Source: Octopus sinensis
Lineage: Eukaryota
Direction: 5' to 3'
Assembly (NCBI RefSeq): GCF_006345805.1
Contig: NC_043003.1
Coordinates: 79,236,001 to 79,300,000, forward strand
Length of the DNA: 64,000 nucleotides
The notes beneath the pieces were generated by a model. The model was given only the letters and a program-made list of their open reading frames with translations, did no database searches and was not told the origin of the DNA. Of the stretch, positions 37,837 through 51,195 are shown piece by piece. Position numbers and translations under genes: made by a program. Every line of letters begins with the position of its first letter. The first letter of the stretch is position 1.

Positions 37837-38698
37837 TTAGCTAACAAAGTCGGGTGGCGGGTACACGCGTAAATATCTTCTTGCATACATATGACTAAAC
37901 TATGAACGAAGTGTGGCGAAGAAACAGAAACTAACTACATTAGTCGTTTCGCTGTTTCCACTCCTATTTTTACACTTTACTTCTGAATCATTTCGACATG
38001 TTAAGAACAGAAGGAAGCAACCACACTCAAACATTGGAGTCAAGACAATCGATTATTAGCCGAAATTTCTGCTCTTCTGTCTATGACAGAAACTATTGCT
38101 TCGATTGATTTATTCGCGAAACTGAAAGAAAACTAAAGGTTGTTTAAGCAAAAATGGTAAGCTTTCTTCCAAGATCGGCTTAAGAAAATATTTAACATAC
38201 ACACAGGTACGAACATTTAAAAGGATATTAATTAACAACTCGTAGTTATTCAAAATGAATAAATACTTAAATTTACAGATTTTAAGTAAACAACAGCGTA
38301 CACACGACGAAGACGTAAATAATGTACGGAAAGTTACGAATAATTCCGAAATAATTTTTTTTTTTAAATCTAGAATTTTATTCTTTTTCGCCTTTTTTAC
38401 AAATATTTCCTTTTTTTAATTTCCGATTTTGTTATATCTAGGGAAGCAAATGATGTAAATAAAATCAAATGCTGAAAAAAATATATCGTGTGAAAACGAA
38501 TTCAAAAATTTGCGGACTAAGAAGAATAGCGTTTTTGTGTAAGAGCAAATTTCTTTAAGAGAAAGCCATTAGAAAACATGCAGCATATAACTGAAATAAC
38601 GAATAAAGTAATAAAAGCAAATATTTTACCAGAAAAGTGAGTTAATATTATGAAATAAAATAGGTATATATAATTAATTTAATTCCCGCTGAAGTGAA

Positions 38699-38771
38699 GC
38701 CTCCGTGGCCCAATGGATAAGGCACCGGCCTCCTAAGCCGGGGATTGCGGGTTCGAGTCCCGTCGGAGGTA
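38699..38771 (+). tRNA. tRNA-Arg (anticodon CCT)
   Basis: GCCTCCG/CGGAGGT acceptor stem, D-arm GCCCAATGGATAAGGC, anticodon arm CCGGC-CTCCTAA-GCCGG, T-arm GCGGG-TTCGAGT-CCCGT, discriminator A; 73 nt, no intron. Confidence 0.95.
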
Positions 38772-38778
38772 TAGGAAA

Positions 38779-38785
38779 TTTTTTT
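38779..38785 (+). terminator. RNA polymerase III terminator (T7)
   Basis: TTTTTTT 8 nt downstream of the tRNA. Confidence 0.8.
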
Positions 38786-39829
38786 CTGAAATTAATTTTT
38801 TTTTCTAATTAAACTTTTATGAATATGAAGAACAGTTGCCAATCACCGAAATTCGATCGAAAAAACCTTTTCGTTCGTATGGTATTCTTTTAGCATATTC
38901 TAACCCTAAATCCAAAATTTTATATTTGATATAACTTAGGTTTCATGAAGGTCATTTTTTTTTTCCTTGCCAAATAAACATACGCACTATATATTCGTTC
39001 TTCACTAATTTATTATTGTTTTTATTTTATCTTATGTCCATTGTTTGGAAATCTTTCATATCACACTTGTGTCTCCTCCTATTCTGTTTAGTCCAATCTG
39101 ACAGAATAGACTTTCTATTTCAACAAAATAGTAATTTCAACAAAAGTAACAGATAAATAAAGATATGCTGTATTGATGATTTTTAATATATTTCGTTGCT
39201 GCTGTATCTGTTTTTACAATCTCATTATTTTGATCAAGTGAGGTAGAATAGTTAGCATGGCAGACAAAATGCAAAGCAGCATTTCATCTGACTTTACTTT
39301 CTGAGCTCAAATTCCCCTCTGGTTGGTTTTGCTTTTCATCTTTTTGTGGGTTCGATAAAATAAGTACCAGTTTAACACTGGAATCAAAGCATTCAGTTTA
39401 CTCCACTTCCTGAAATTCCTGGCCTTGTGCCAAAATTTATAAACTGGCAGAATAGTTAGCACACTGGGCAAAATACTTAGTGGTGTTTCATCTTTCTTCA
39501 TGTTCTGAGTTCAATTTCCGCTGAGACCCACTTTGCCTTCCATCCTCTCAGGATCAATACAAGTACCAGTTGAGCACTGATGTTGATGTAATTGAATTAC
39601 CCACTCCCTCAAAATTGCTGGCCTTGTGCCAAAATTTGAAATCAGTATTAAGCTAGGATCAGTAACAATGAAATATGGAATTTTGGTGGGTTTTGATTTG
39701 GATCCCGCTAACACAGTAAGTTTGTGTCATATAACCAGGGTGATCTCCTGTGGGTTGCTTTCAAGAGGGTTCGGGGAGGGATACCACTTACAGGATCCAC
39801 TTAGTTGCAAGGTTTTTGGGTCAGGTTTA

Positions 39830-41737
39830 TGATCAAAAGTACTTTCTTTCTGTTTGTTTCAGCCAGAGGACCTCTAAAAGGTTCACAATTACTGCCTTTC
39901 CTCTTGTGACTCAATGATAGCAACACCCTATAATTAATTGGTTCTAATATTAGTTTTGAAGTTTTGGCCCAAGGGGTGGGAGAAAGATGATTACATCAAC
40001 CCCAGTATCTAACTGGAACTTAGTTTAACAATCCCCAAAAATGGAAAGCAAAGTGAACCTTGGTTGAATTTGAACTCAGAACTCAGACAGATGAAATTGC
40101 CACTAAGCATTTTGCTCAGTGTTGTAATAATTCTGCCAGCTTCTCACCACAAGTGAAACTAATATTGATTTCAAATTTTGCTACAAGGCTAGCAAGTTCA
40201 ATGGGAGCGGGTAAATCAATTACACTGACCCCAGTCTTTAACTGATACTCATTTTATTGAGCCCCAAAAGAATGAAAGTCAAAACTGGTACCTAATATTA
40301 CAAACACATGATGATGAAAATTGAAGTCAACAGCATCAGCAGTGGAGACGCAATGGCCCGGTGGTTAGGGCAGCGGACTCACGGTCGTAAGAACGTGGTT
40401 TCGATTCCCTGTACCAGGCATCGTGAGTGTTTTATTAAGCAAAAACACCTAAGCTCCACAAGGCTCCGGCCAGGATGGGGGGGGGGGGGGCTGTACTCTT
40501 TCACCGCAACTTTCTCTCACTCTTTCTTCTTACATCTGCCACAAATCAGAGGAACCATGGTGTAACTCATTATGGTGTGGTAAACGTTCAGACCCTAGTC
40601 TAGATTGCAAATCCTCTGTACTCCAGGATGGTTCAGCTCTCCACCTGTTAAAAGCCATCGTTTACGGAATGAGGATAACAACATAGCTTTCACACCCATG
40701 CAGCCGCCAGTCTATCACGTGTGGTGGATGGATTTTCAAGTTGCCACACGCATTCTTAGTAGCTTAGAGTAGGCTCGAATTAGAGATTATTCTTTGTGGC
40801 TAATGGCGTGAGTCCTGATTGGAAGAAGAAGAAAGACTGCATTACGATTTGATTGCAAAGGGACATAATTAAATTGTACATTGCATTTATCTAGAACTTT
40901 ATCAATTCTGCCCTCTAATAAGAAATATAATTTCATTGCTGTTCAGACTAAATGTGAACTCCAACACCTTGGTTCCAGGTTCAGTACAATCTCACCGCAC
41001 AGAATCTAGGCCAAAGTCTTTAACAGAAAATATGTGCCAGTCACAGACTGTAGTTATTCTAGGGATGGTAGACTTCATCTGTTACCCAATTTAATGCCAC
41101 TACTTTGATCCTTGAGTGTTTCTAGCAGAGTCTAATCTTTCGCAAACATTTGAGTAAAGTCTTCAATCTGAAAATTTGAATATCATCAACTTTCTTCCTC
41201 CTACCAATTTCACTGACCCTTTAAAAGGACACGAGTGCTGCCCTTTCACCTCTGGACAAACCTTAAATCCTCACATGATCCCTAATCAACATTGTAATGT
41301 ATAATGTTACCTGCATATGACAAACAGCAGACAACCTGCAGTGTGTAGAGTAATTTATATTACTCTACACACTGCAGGTTGCCTTGTAGCAAAATTTGAA
41401 ATCAATATTAGTTTCACTTGTGAGAAGCTGGCAGAATTATTACAACACTGAGCAAAATGCTTAGTGGCAATTTCATCTGTCTGAGTTCTGAGTTCAAATT
41501 CAACCAAGGTTCACTTTGTTTTCCATTTTTTGGGATTGCTAAACTAAGTTCCAGTTAGATACTGGGGTTGATGTAATCATCTTTCTCCCACCCCTTGGGC
41601 CAAAAATTCAAAACTAATATTAGAACCAATTAATTATAGGGTGTTGCTATGATTGAATCACATGAGGAAAGGCAATAATTGTGAACCTTTTAGAGGTCCT
41701 CTGACTGAAACAAACAGAAAGAAAGTACTTTTGATCA
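39830..41737. repeat. Inverted segmental duplication (arms 39830-40189 / 41381-41737, about 1.2-kb spacer)
   Basis: About 360-bp arms including unique sequence plus a SINE part, roughly 95% identical by eye; a perfect 23-bp-stem hairpin at 41332-41381 abuts the right arm. Confidence 0.9.
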
Positions 41738-42291
41738 ATGTCTTATATTTTGCCTGTTTTATTGAAGGCGCAGTAGTTAGAGCATGGGCTCACAATCACG
41801 AGGTAGGGAGTTTGATTCCTGGACTAGACTGTGTGTTGTGCTCTTGAGCAAGACATTTTATTTCATGTGGCTCCAGTTCACTCAAAAGTAGAAATTAATT
41901 GCAACGTCACTGGGGCCAAGTTGTATTGGCCTTTCCCTTGGATAACATCAATGGCGTGGGGAGGGATGGCTGGTATGCATGGGCGACCGCTGGTCTTCCA
42001 TAAACAACCTTGACGGACTTGTGCCTCGGAGGGAAATATTCTGGGTGCAATCCCACGATCGTTCATGACCGAAAGGGGTTTTTACCAGTTACCCTGTTTT
42101 ATCACAAATAACAGACAACCAGCAGTGTGCAGAGGTGAACACAATGTATGTACAATGTCAGTAAGAGCAAACTGTGATGCAGGTTGAACAGAGGTGAAGA
42201 AGGCTAGTGAAGAGAAAAGGGCTGACTCCAAGTTTATAGACGTACATATGAGAGCATACAATACAGGGACAAAGTGACAAGAACTAATAGT

Positions 42292-42741
42292 ATACGGATC
42301 AGAAGCGCTCAGCAGCAACGTGTACAAAGATAAACTTGATAACAGTTCAAATATGCTAGAGACATATTGGAACCCATAAGAAAGCTGTTCGGTGCATCTG
42401 GTCAGGGAGAAAAATTGTCGCCGTAGACAAAAAGGTGTAAACACACCAAGGCAGCCAGGAATGCTTTCTACTCCGATTGATAGATAAATGCAGTTCAAAA
42501 GAGTAATCTCCCCTTCGGCATTGAATACTGATCTAACTACGAAAGACCAAGTCGCTCTTATATTTCGGTTAAAGTTCTGTGTTTGGTTGCGCTAATCATC
42601 GGCCTGACCATAGTAAAATATAGATTAGAAGCACTAAGAAGTAATGCATACAAACTTAAACTTGTTACTAGCTCAAATACACTTGAGATTATATTTGAAC
42701 CCGTGCGAAAGCCATTCACTACATTTTGTCATCGAGAAAAA
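42292..42741 (-). pseudogene. Decayed membrane-protein (GPCR-like) coding remnant with two diverged tandem copies of a 41-codon segment
   Basis: 42618-42741 reads FFSMTKCSEWLSHGFKY/ISSVFELVTSLSLYALLLSASNLY (one frameshift); 42292-42414 reads FFSLTRCTEQLSYGFQYVSSIFELLSSLSLYTLLLSASDPY; 28/41 residues identical. Confidence 0.4.
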
Positions 42742-43032
42742 TGTTTTGGACAAAATGGAGTGAATGGCTTTCTCGTGGGTTCGAATATGTCTTCAGCACA
42801 TTTGAACTGGTAATAAGTTTATACTAAAAGATAGCGTGTAGAATGGGGTCAATAAACTAGTGGTGGTAGGGTGAAGCAAGAGAGAAATAAAGAAAACAAA
42901 ATAATCTCCAATATAATAATTTGTTTTATTTAGAAATACATTTTATACAAACATATCATAGGAGTATATGGCATATACATGTGTGTGTGTATGTATGTAT
43001 GTATATATAAATATATATATACACAGACATAA

Positions 43033-43068
<36 letters not shown>

Positions 43069-44130
43069 AACTTTAAGAACCGTCAGGCCAGGCACAACCA
43101 TGTCTATAAATTATTAAAATAGCAAAAATACTAATACGATTATACATAAAAATTACATAGATTTTGCGTGGCAGTCCTAATATATCACTCTGTTGAACAC
43201 CATGACTTGGCCCAGCTCACCTTTAGCAGAGTCTCTGGTCTGAAGATAACTCAATATATTGATTAAAGTGCTGATTTCCACAGTAGCAATTCAAGAGTTG
43301 CCATTTATTCCACCCTTCATTTATTCACTCCTGCTCCAACCTTTCAGTAATCTCAGAGACCCCGCAAAAGGTTATGGGATCATGGGTGTTTTTTCCTTCC
43401 TCTTTTGACTAGGCTGTATGATAAAGGAGAAAAATGCACAAAACCACTGACTCAGCATATATATGCATTCTTTTGCTTGATGTAAGCTGTCAAATTCACT
43501 GAACAAGCTGCACACTTACTTGTTTTTGAAATAATAATCTCATTCTCGAAGAACACAGATTTTCGGATAACAATTTCACAACGAGAGCAAGACACCTTGT
43601 CTAGAATGCCTTGTCTATAGTACAATAAAACTCAATCTGAATTAGCACACCACAATTGTTATGTATTTATAAGATTCACCTGAACATGTGTGTTTGTATG
43701 TGTGTGTTTGTCTTCCATCCGTTTTGTTATGATCAATGATCTGTGATTATGTACATACTTCGCATTTCTTTGATTAGACCAACATTAAAAACAAGCAATA
43801 TAACCCCAATGTGGTCGCACGACCTGCAAAAATTCGCAAACAAATCTCTTTTGTATATATTACCTCACAGTCTCTTTAAAAAGAAAATTGGATGACATGG
43901 TCCTAAATATATTGTCTGAAATAAATATTGGATGATCATGGTGGTTCATAGTCCTTGATCAAAAAGAACTATTTCTTCAGAGCTCACCTATATATATATA
44001 TATATATATATATTGGTAAAAACGGTAAGATAACAAAAGAAAGAAAGAGACCTCAATATTATGTAAATAGAGGAAATTTATCTGTAAAATAATATGTGAC
44101 AATTATTCAATAGCCAAGATAAAACTCTGG

Positions 44131-44198
44131 CCAGATAACCGAAGAGATGTTGTGGTGGATTTCCACTTTGGCATCCGAAACTCAGAGTTTTATCTTGG
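44131..44198 (+). ncRNA. Degenerate type I hammerhead-like motif in a Penelope-type repeat
   Basis: ccagataa-CCGAAGA-gatgtt..ggcatc-c-GAAAC-tcaga-GTT-ttatcttgg: stems I-III can form; core U4 is C. Lies inside the inverted repeat 44080-44129 / 44183-44232. Confidence 0.45.
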
Positions 44199-44229
44199 CT
44201 ATTGAATAATTGTCACATATTATCTTACA

Positions 44230-44265
<36 letters not shown>

Positions 44266-45069
44266 AAATTATAGATGAGGTACTTAAAATAGAAACTTAA
44301 TAATTTCAAAGAGGAAATTAAACCATTAAGGGTAATTTTGGAAGTATAGTTTTAAACTTTTGCCACCATGAGTAATATCAAGAAATATGCCATACAAACA
44401 TTATTTTATCAACAATTTTGGTTTTTATGAAGGAATGAGTATTAATTTCTAAAAGAAAATATTTATGAGCTTAAAATGAAATTAAGTAAACAAATTTCTC
44501 ATTTTCATAACTCCATCCATAACTGTCCTTTACCCCTACTCTTCCTCCTCCTTCCACAAAGCCTAGTATGTGCACTCAACCTGCACCTTCCATGTTAATT
44601 CTCTCTTTTACTCCCTCTCCCCCTTTCTATACAATGTAAAGTGTGACTGGAGAAATCAATCAACTGAAATCTATAACATTTATTATTATATGGAGATAAC
44701 TAATAAATTAAGGAAATAACAGATTGACACAAGAATTTATCTTCTCTACAACTCATTAAGTAGCTTAGATGGTTCCGAAAATTAACTCTGTTACTATACT
44801 GACACCCTTTTACTCAATGTAAACCCCACTTTAATTTTTTTTAAAAAGAAAATTTCCTTGTATTATACTCAGTAGCATAGGCCCACGGGGCCAATACAAG
44901 AAAATATTATAATTATTATTATTATAGCTTCCTCCAAAACATTGTCTTAAGATTTTCTTTTGCTACATTCTTACCAATATTTTCTTTTCTTCTCCTGGTT
45001 CTTCTAAACCAGCAATTAATCCTCATAATCATATATATAAATAAATATATGTGTGTATGTTTGTGTAAT

Positions 45070-45427
45070 TCTTTTATTTGTTTCAGTCATTTGACAGCGG
45101 CCATGCTGGAGCACTGCCTTTTAGTCAAAGAAATCGATCCCCAGGACTTATTATTCTATCAGTCTCTTTTGCCGAACTGCTAAGTTATGGGGACATAAAC
45201 ATACCAACATCAGTTGTCAAGCTATGGTGAGGGGGGGGGGCATAAACACAGACACACAAACATATATATATATATGACAGGCTTCTTTCAGTTTCTGTCT
45301 ACCAAATCTATTCACAAGGCTTCGGTCAGCCTGAGGCTATAGTAGAAAACACTTGCCCAAGGTGCCACACAGTGGGACTGAACCCAGAACCATGTGGTTA
45401 GTAAGCAAGCTACTTACCACACAGCCA
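45070..45427 (-). mobile_element. SINE family A
   Basis: Matches 33687-34094. Confidence 0.8.
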
Positions 45428-46274
45428 TACACATATACGTGTGTGTGCGTGTGTGTGCATGTATACATGTGTGTGTAGTTTGTATTCTTTAGTTATCTCT
45501 TTAAGCATACTGTAGAATTCTTGTCTATAATTCTTATTCTCTAATTATCCAGCAACATCATCAATAATTGCATGTAAAAATACTTATTTTCAGGTTATTT
45601 TTCTATATAGATTTCAAATTGTCAAAATGTAGAATTAGTATTGTGCTTTATTTTTATCTTTTATTTGAATTTCATCATTAGTAACTTCAACAATTGAATG
45701 ACTTTTCATAAATATGTTTATTTTTTTATTTTTATTTCTCTTTTCATTAAGCAAATTAGTTATTCAATGACGTTGCTAATGGTTGAATGAAAGAATGTTT
45801 TAAGTTCAATTTGATTTAGGTGGGGTTTTTTTTTGTTAGCGTTTATTAACTGCTAAATTTTTTTCAGATGTTCAGTTGGAATTTCACCAATTTAGATTAC
45901 TTTGGTAATGTATTAACATTTATTTTCGAGGATATTATTATTAATTTTAAAAATATTGCCTATATATATATAAATTAGAAATGGAAACCAAAAACAATAA
46001 ATTGAACAATTAAATAATTTAATCATTAAATGATAAATTCAATTCAATTTTATTATTTTATACAAACAAACGACGCATCTCGTAAATTACAGCTGTTTCC
46101 ACTTCATTAATAAAACCAAACTTTTCAAGAATAATAAAATACTGTTTAATTTATAATGAGGTTTCATCAGATCGACATATCTTCTTAAATATTTCATGAA
46201 AAATCAGTAAATTCTTTGGATATTTAATATATCTTAGGTGGTTATTTAATACCTGACTAAATTGTTATATATAC

Positions 46275-46344
<70 letters not shown>

Positions 46345-46475
46345 ACTGAAACAATTGTTGAATTTACCTGGGATTTATAATCTACTTACATTTACTAGTA
46401 TCTGATTGTTGGAAATTTAACCACATCATTTTATACTGAACACTTAATTGATATTTGCCAGGATCTTTTAATCCC

Positions 46476-46515
<40 letters not shown>

Positions 46516-48036
46516 CATACACATAGCTGTTTATGTATATGTATAGTTATGTATGTGTATATATATATATGCTGGTGACACCTAAGTTAGAAAAAAATTG
46601 TTCAGTTATCATCTCCTCACAATCAAACTGGTTTTCTTTAATGGTAGGTCAGTTTTAGAGAAAATTTGATTCTACCTACATTTAGCATTTGCATATGGTT
46701 TCAACTGCCACCAAGTGATTGTTCTAGCTGTTCTTGAAGAGGACATAATTTCAATAAATATAAAAATTTACTTTGTATATTTAATGTTTCCTTGTTCAAT
46801 ACCTTTCCACTATAAGCCAATGGCCATTCCGAGTTACTTCCCTTAGCTCAACTTTGATTCATTTGCACTGGCAACTCTACATGCATGAGAAAAGGCTGAA
46901 AATTCAGTTTCTAAGAGTTTTTCGCTATATGCGATAGATCATGTAGCAAAGCGATGAACTGACAAATTCCATTAAGTTTGCTGTCGTTTGAACAGACGCA
47001 CATAAGAAATTAAGTACCAACTGAGAGATTTATAAACTACTTCAATACACAAACACTGCATGAGTGTGTATGTAGTATAGAGATGAAAATGATATCTGAC
47101 CTAACCTTTTTAAAGATTGGGAGAGGGCAATGAGAACCTATCCCTGGAAAACCCAGCAGATGCTTCATATACAAAATATGCACAAGTTGTATACAACACG
47201 ATGTTTCATGTAAACACTTTACATGCAAATTACTTTTTCAAATGTAACTCTAGTTAATTATTTGCATCGTTATGAATTAATCATGTATTATTTTGTAGCT
47301 TTGAGATTTCAATGATGTGACTGTATATTTGTAGAATGACATTGTAGGGTAGGTGTTAGAGGTCAGAATTGGCAAGTTTGTACATAAAACAGAATATTTT
47401 GGCTGGATACGGCCAGCTTCAATGCTAAAGGGTTAAATTTGGTTCATTAAATGATAATCTAAATTGAATCTCCAGCATCCGTTAATTAAAATGAAATAAA
47501 TATTTTTTTTATATCAAGCAACAATGTTTGTATTTCACAAAGTTTCTCTGTTTTAAATGTTTGTGCTTCAAAAGTATATTAAAATGACTTCTTATTTCTA
47601 ATATACACATATGCACCCTTATTTATTGTTGTCATTATTATTATTACAATAATAAAATACTGAAAGTAATAGAAATTAAATTAAATTTTTTTTAAATAAA
47701 AAAAAACAAATATCCACAAATTTAGCAAAATGTTGAATTACATAAATTTAATTTCAGCTTATCTTCCAATCAGTATTAGTAGAAGAAAACGGTTACGGAG
47801 AGAAAATTGTAAAATTTTTTCCCAAATAATAAAACTGAATTAAGAAAATGAAAGCATGAATATTAAAAATACTTTTCAAAGTTCATTAAACCGATATTAA
47901 AAGGAATAATTAATAAGAAAATGTTTTAAAAAAAAAAATGTTATATTTAAAAGTAAAGAGTACATATAAAAACAAAACTCCAGTTCACAAATTTTTACAT
48001 ATATAATATATATATATAATATATATATATAATATA

Positions 48037-48069
<33 letters not shown>

Positions 48070-48194
48070 ATATGAAATAATATCAGTTCCATGAAAATAT
48101 TATAGAATTTAGATAGAAAATGTTATCACAGTTTTTTTTTACTTTCTTTGGGGTAAATAAAGCATTATCCATTTTGAAATCACATATTATTTTT

Positions 48195-48229
<35 letters not shown>

Positions 48230-50324
48230 TAAGACAGCTACTATGTAGCTAGTGAGTTACATATTTGGGGTCAAAAAAAAAAAATGATATGTCAGTATAG
48301 TTGCAGAATCTATATTATAAGATCTGTGTTTCTCTGTCCATTTGTCTTGTGCTATCCTCAGATCAAGATGATTTTTTTTTTAGTAATTTGTTCAGAGAAG
48401 CAAAATAAAAAAGAGAATTTATTCAATTTATCTATTACTGAATTCACATACGTAATCTAAGGAAAAGTAAGGTTTGTATATTATCTTTGAGTAAAGTATA
48501 TTGTTTCCTTGCAAGCCATCAAAAAATAAATGGCCATCAATATTTCATTCACACAATAGACCGTGTGATGAATGGAAAAGAAAGAAAGAAAAAATTATAA
48601 AAATAACAGATTTACTAGAACCACCAGTCAGTAAAGCAGTCAATTATGTAGTAAACCTATTTCAATTTACTGAATGTAGTTCCTTCTTCCACTTTGAACT
48701 ACTTATTTTAGAGGTGGGTAAACTTTTTTACTAAGTCCTTCAATCAGTAAAACAGTCAATTCCGCTGTTTGTAAGGTAAACATCATTTACCACTTTGTTT
48801 ATGTATAAGGAAGTTTTGGCAAAGATATTTCACTGAATTGGGACATTAAAATTGTGGTGCAAATTAACATTTAAAAAATTGTTTTGACATTTGTCAAGAT
48901 GCTCTAACAATTCTCAAATTCACCATCACCACTAACAATAATAATAACATTTTGGTACAAGACCAGCAATTTTAGATGGAAGCGAGTAAGTTGATTACAT
49001 TGATCCCAGTACTTGACTGGTATTCTATTTTATCAAACCTAAAAGGAAGAAAGGTAATATTGATCTTGGCAGAATTTGAACTCAGAATACAGAGTCGGAG
49101 AAATGCTGCTAAGCATTTTGACTAGCATGGTAATGATTCTTCCAGCCCATCACCTTAATAATAATAATAATAATCCTTTCTACTAAAGGCACAAGGCCTA
49201 AAATTTGGTGGGAAGGGACTAGTTGATTACATCGACCCCAGTGTTTCACTGGTACTTATTTTATCGATCCCGAAAGGATGAAAACAAAGTCAACCTTGGC
49301 AGAATGTGAACTCAAACATAACGACGGGCGAAATACAGCTAAGCATTTCATCCAGTACGCTAACAATTCTGCCAGCTCGCCCCTTAAATAATAATAATAA
49401 TAAGTGAAAAATCATCTTGATCTTATCATTTTTGACATGAAGCTACAAATCTTCTGCAGCGGATTATAGTTGATTGACCAAAATAGTCAGGTAATTGTGT
49501 ATGAATGAATTCTTATTTTGTTATTATCCACCACCTCCATCCAGGAAGATTAGATAACAAAATTGAATCCATAAAGAGAAGAGAGATAACTGTTCCACAA
49601 AGCAGTTAGTTCATAACTCTATTAATTACATCATCCATAATAATCCTTTCTACTACAGGCACAAGGTCTGAAATTTAGGGGGAGGGGATAGTTGATTACA
49701 TAGACCCCAGTGCTCCACAGGTACTTATTTCATTGACTCCAAAAAGATAAAAGGCAAAGTTGCCCTTGGTGGAATTTGAACTCAGAATGTTAAGAGTTGG
49801 GAGAAATGCTGCTAAGTGTTTTGCCTGGTGTGCTAGCAATTCTGCCAGCTCACTGCCTTATCCAGAATAATAATAATAATTATTACCATTAAACTTTATA
49901 CCAGTTCAAATTTGTTTGAGAGATATTTGAACCCATGCAGTTTGGGGGTGAAGAAATTTTCTTGCTGGAGATTAAGAAAGGAGTAAAAACACCATGGTCA
50001 TTTCAGAGCCCCGCCTATTGAACTGGTACATTTATTTCAAAGTAGTTATCTTCTTATCAGCACAACATACCAAAGAGAGGCAACTCTAGAGGTGCTGACG
50101 AGAAGATAACTGCTTTGAAATACATGTATACACCAGTCTTATAGGGGTCACTCTGAACTGATTACAGCATTTCTACACCTTCTTGTTTGTCAACAGTGAC
50201 AATCATCCTCCATGACAAACTGCAGTGAGAAACCTTTGTATGGGTGAAATTATCCCTCAAACATATTTCAACTGGTATTAAGTTCATTTTCCCCTCAGTC
50301 ACTACTTTAATGTATCTACTTATC

Positions 50325-50360
<36 letters not shown>

Positions 50361-50987
50361 TACTACTACTAATATTATTATTATTCCTAACAAAGGCAAA
50401 AGGCAAAAAATTTTGAGATGAAGATTAAGCCAACCCCAGTAAGTAGACAGCTACTTTATTTTATCAATCCTGTAATGACAACAAAGGTAACCTCGACAGG
50501 GCTTGAACTCAGAATGCAAATGAGCCTAATTAGATAGCACAAGACATTAGATAAGAGGAGTTACCAACTCTGCAGTAATTGTTAACACTTTAAGTTACAA
50601 ACGCTTTTAAAACTATACGCAATCAAAAGGCTTTTATGCATTTAATTAAAATTAATGCCAAAATATTTCAATTATACACAACATTGCCAAACGAAGACTT
50701 TTGCGGACCATCATCATCTGCTGCCAATGTAAAAATTCCTTTACACACTTAGCTGTCTCACACTTGTTGACATTCAATTATTTAGAGGTTCACTCACTTT
50801 CTTGTTAGAAAATTCTCTCTTTGCTTCCTTCCTTTCACAAGAAGCAAAATATTTACAAAAAAAAATTATAAGAAAAAGTTTGTTTTTATTAATTTTTGTG
50901 TGTTGTGTCTCTGCGTGTATATATATGTGGATTTAACAGAGATAATAGCACTACAAAACATGAAAAACGTGAAACTAATTGTGTGCA

Positions 50988-51036
<49 letters not shown>

Positions 51037-51104
51037 GAATGAATGAATGTCAATGCTCCATGTTGTTTTATACATATAAAATCACTGAAAGTCGAAGTAC
51101 CATG

Positions 51105-51162
<58 letters not shown>

Positions 51163-51164
51163 TG

Positions 51165-51195
<31 letters not shown>

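Noticed and set aside
46640-47030. Non-repetitive stretch that might be coding
   Set aside because: All frames close quickly, with no motifs or convincing splice sites.
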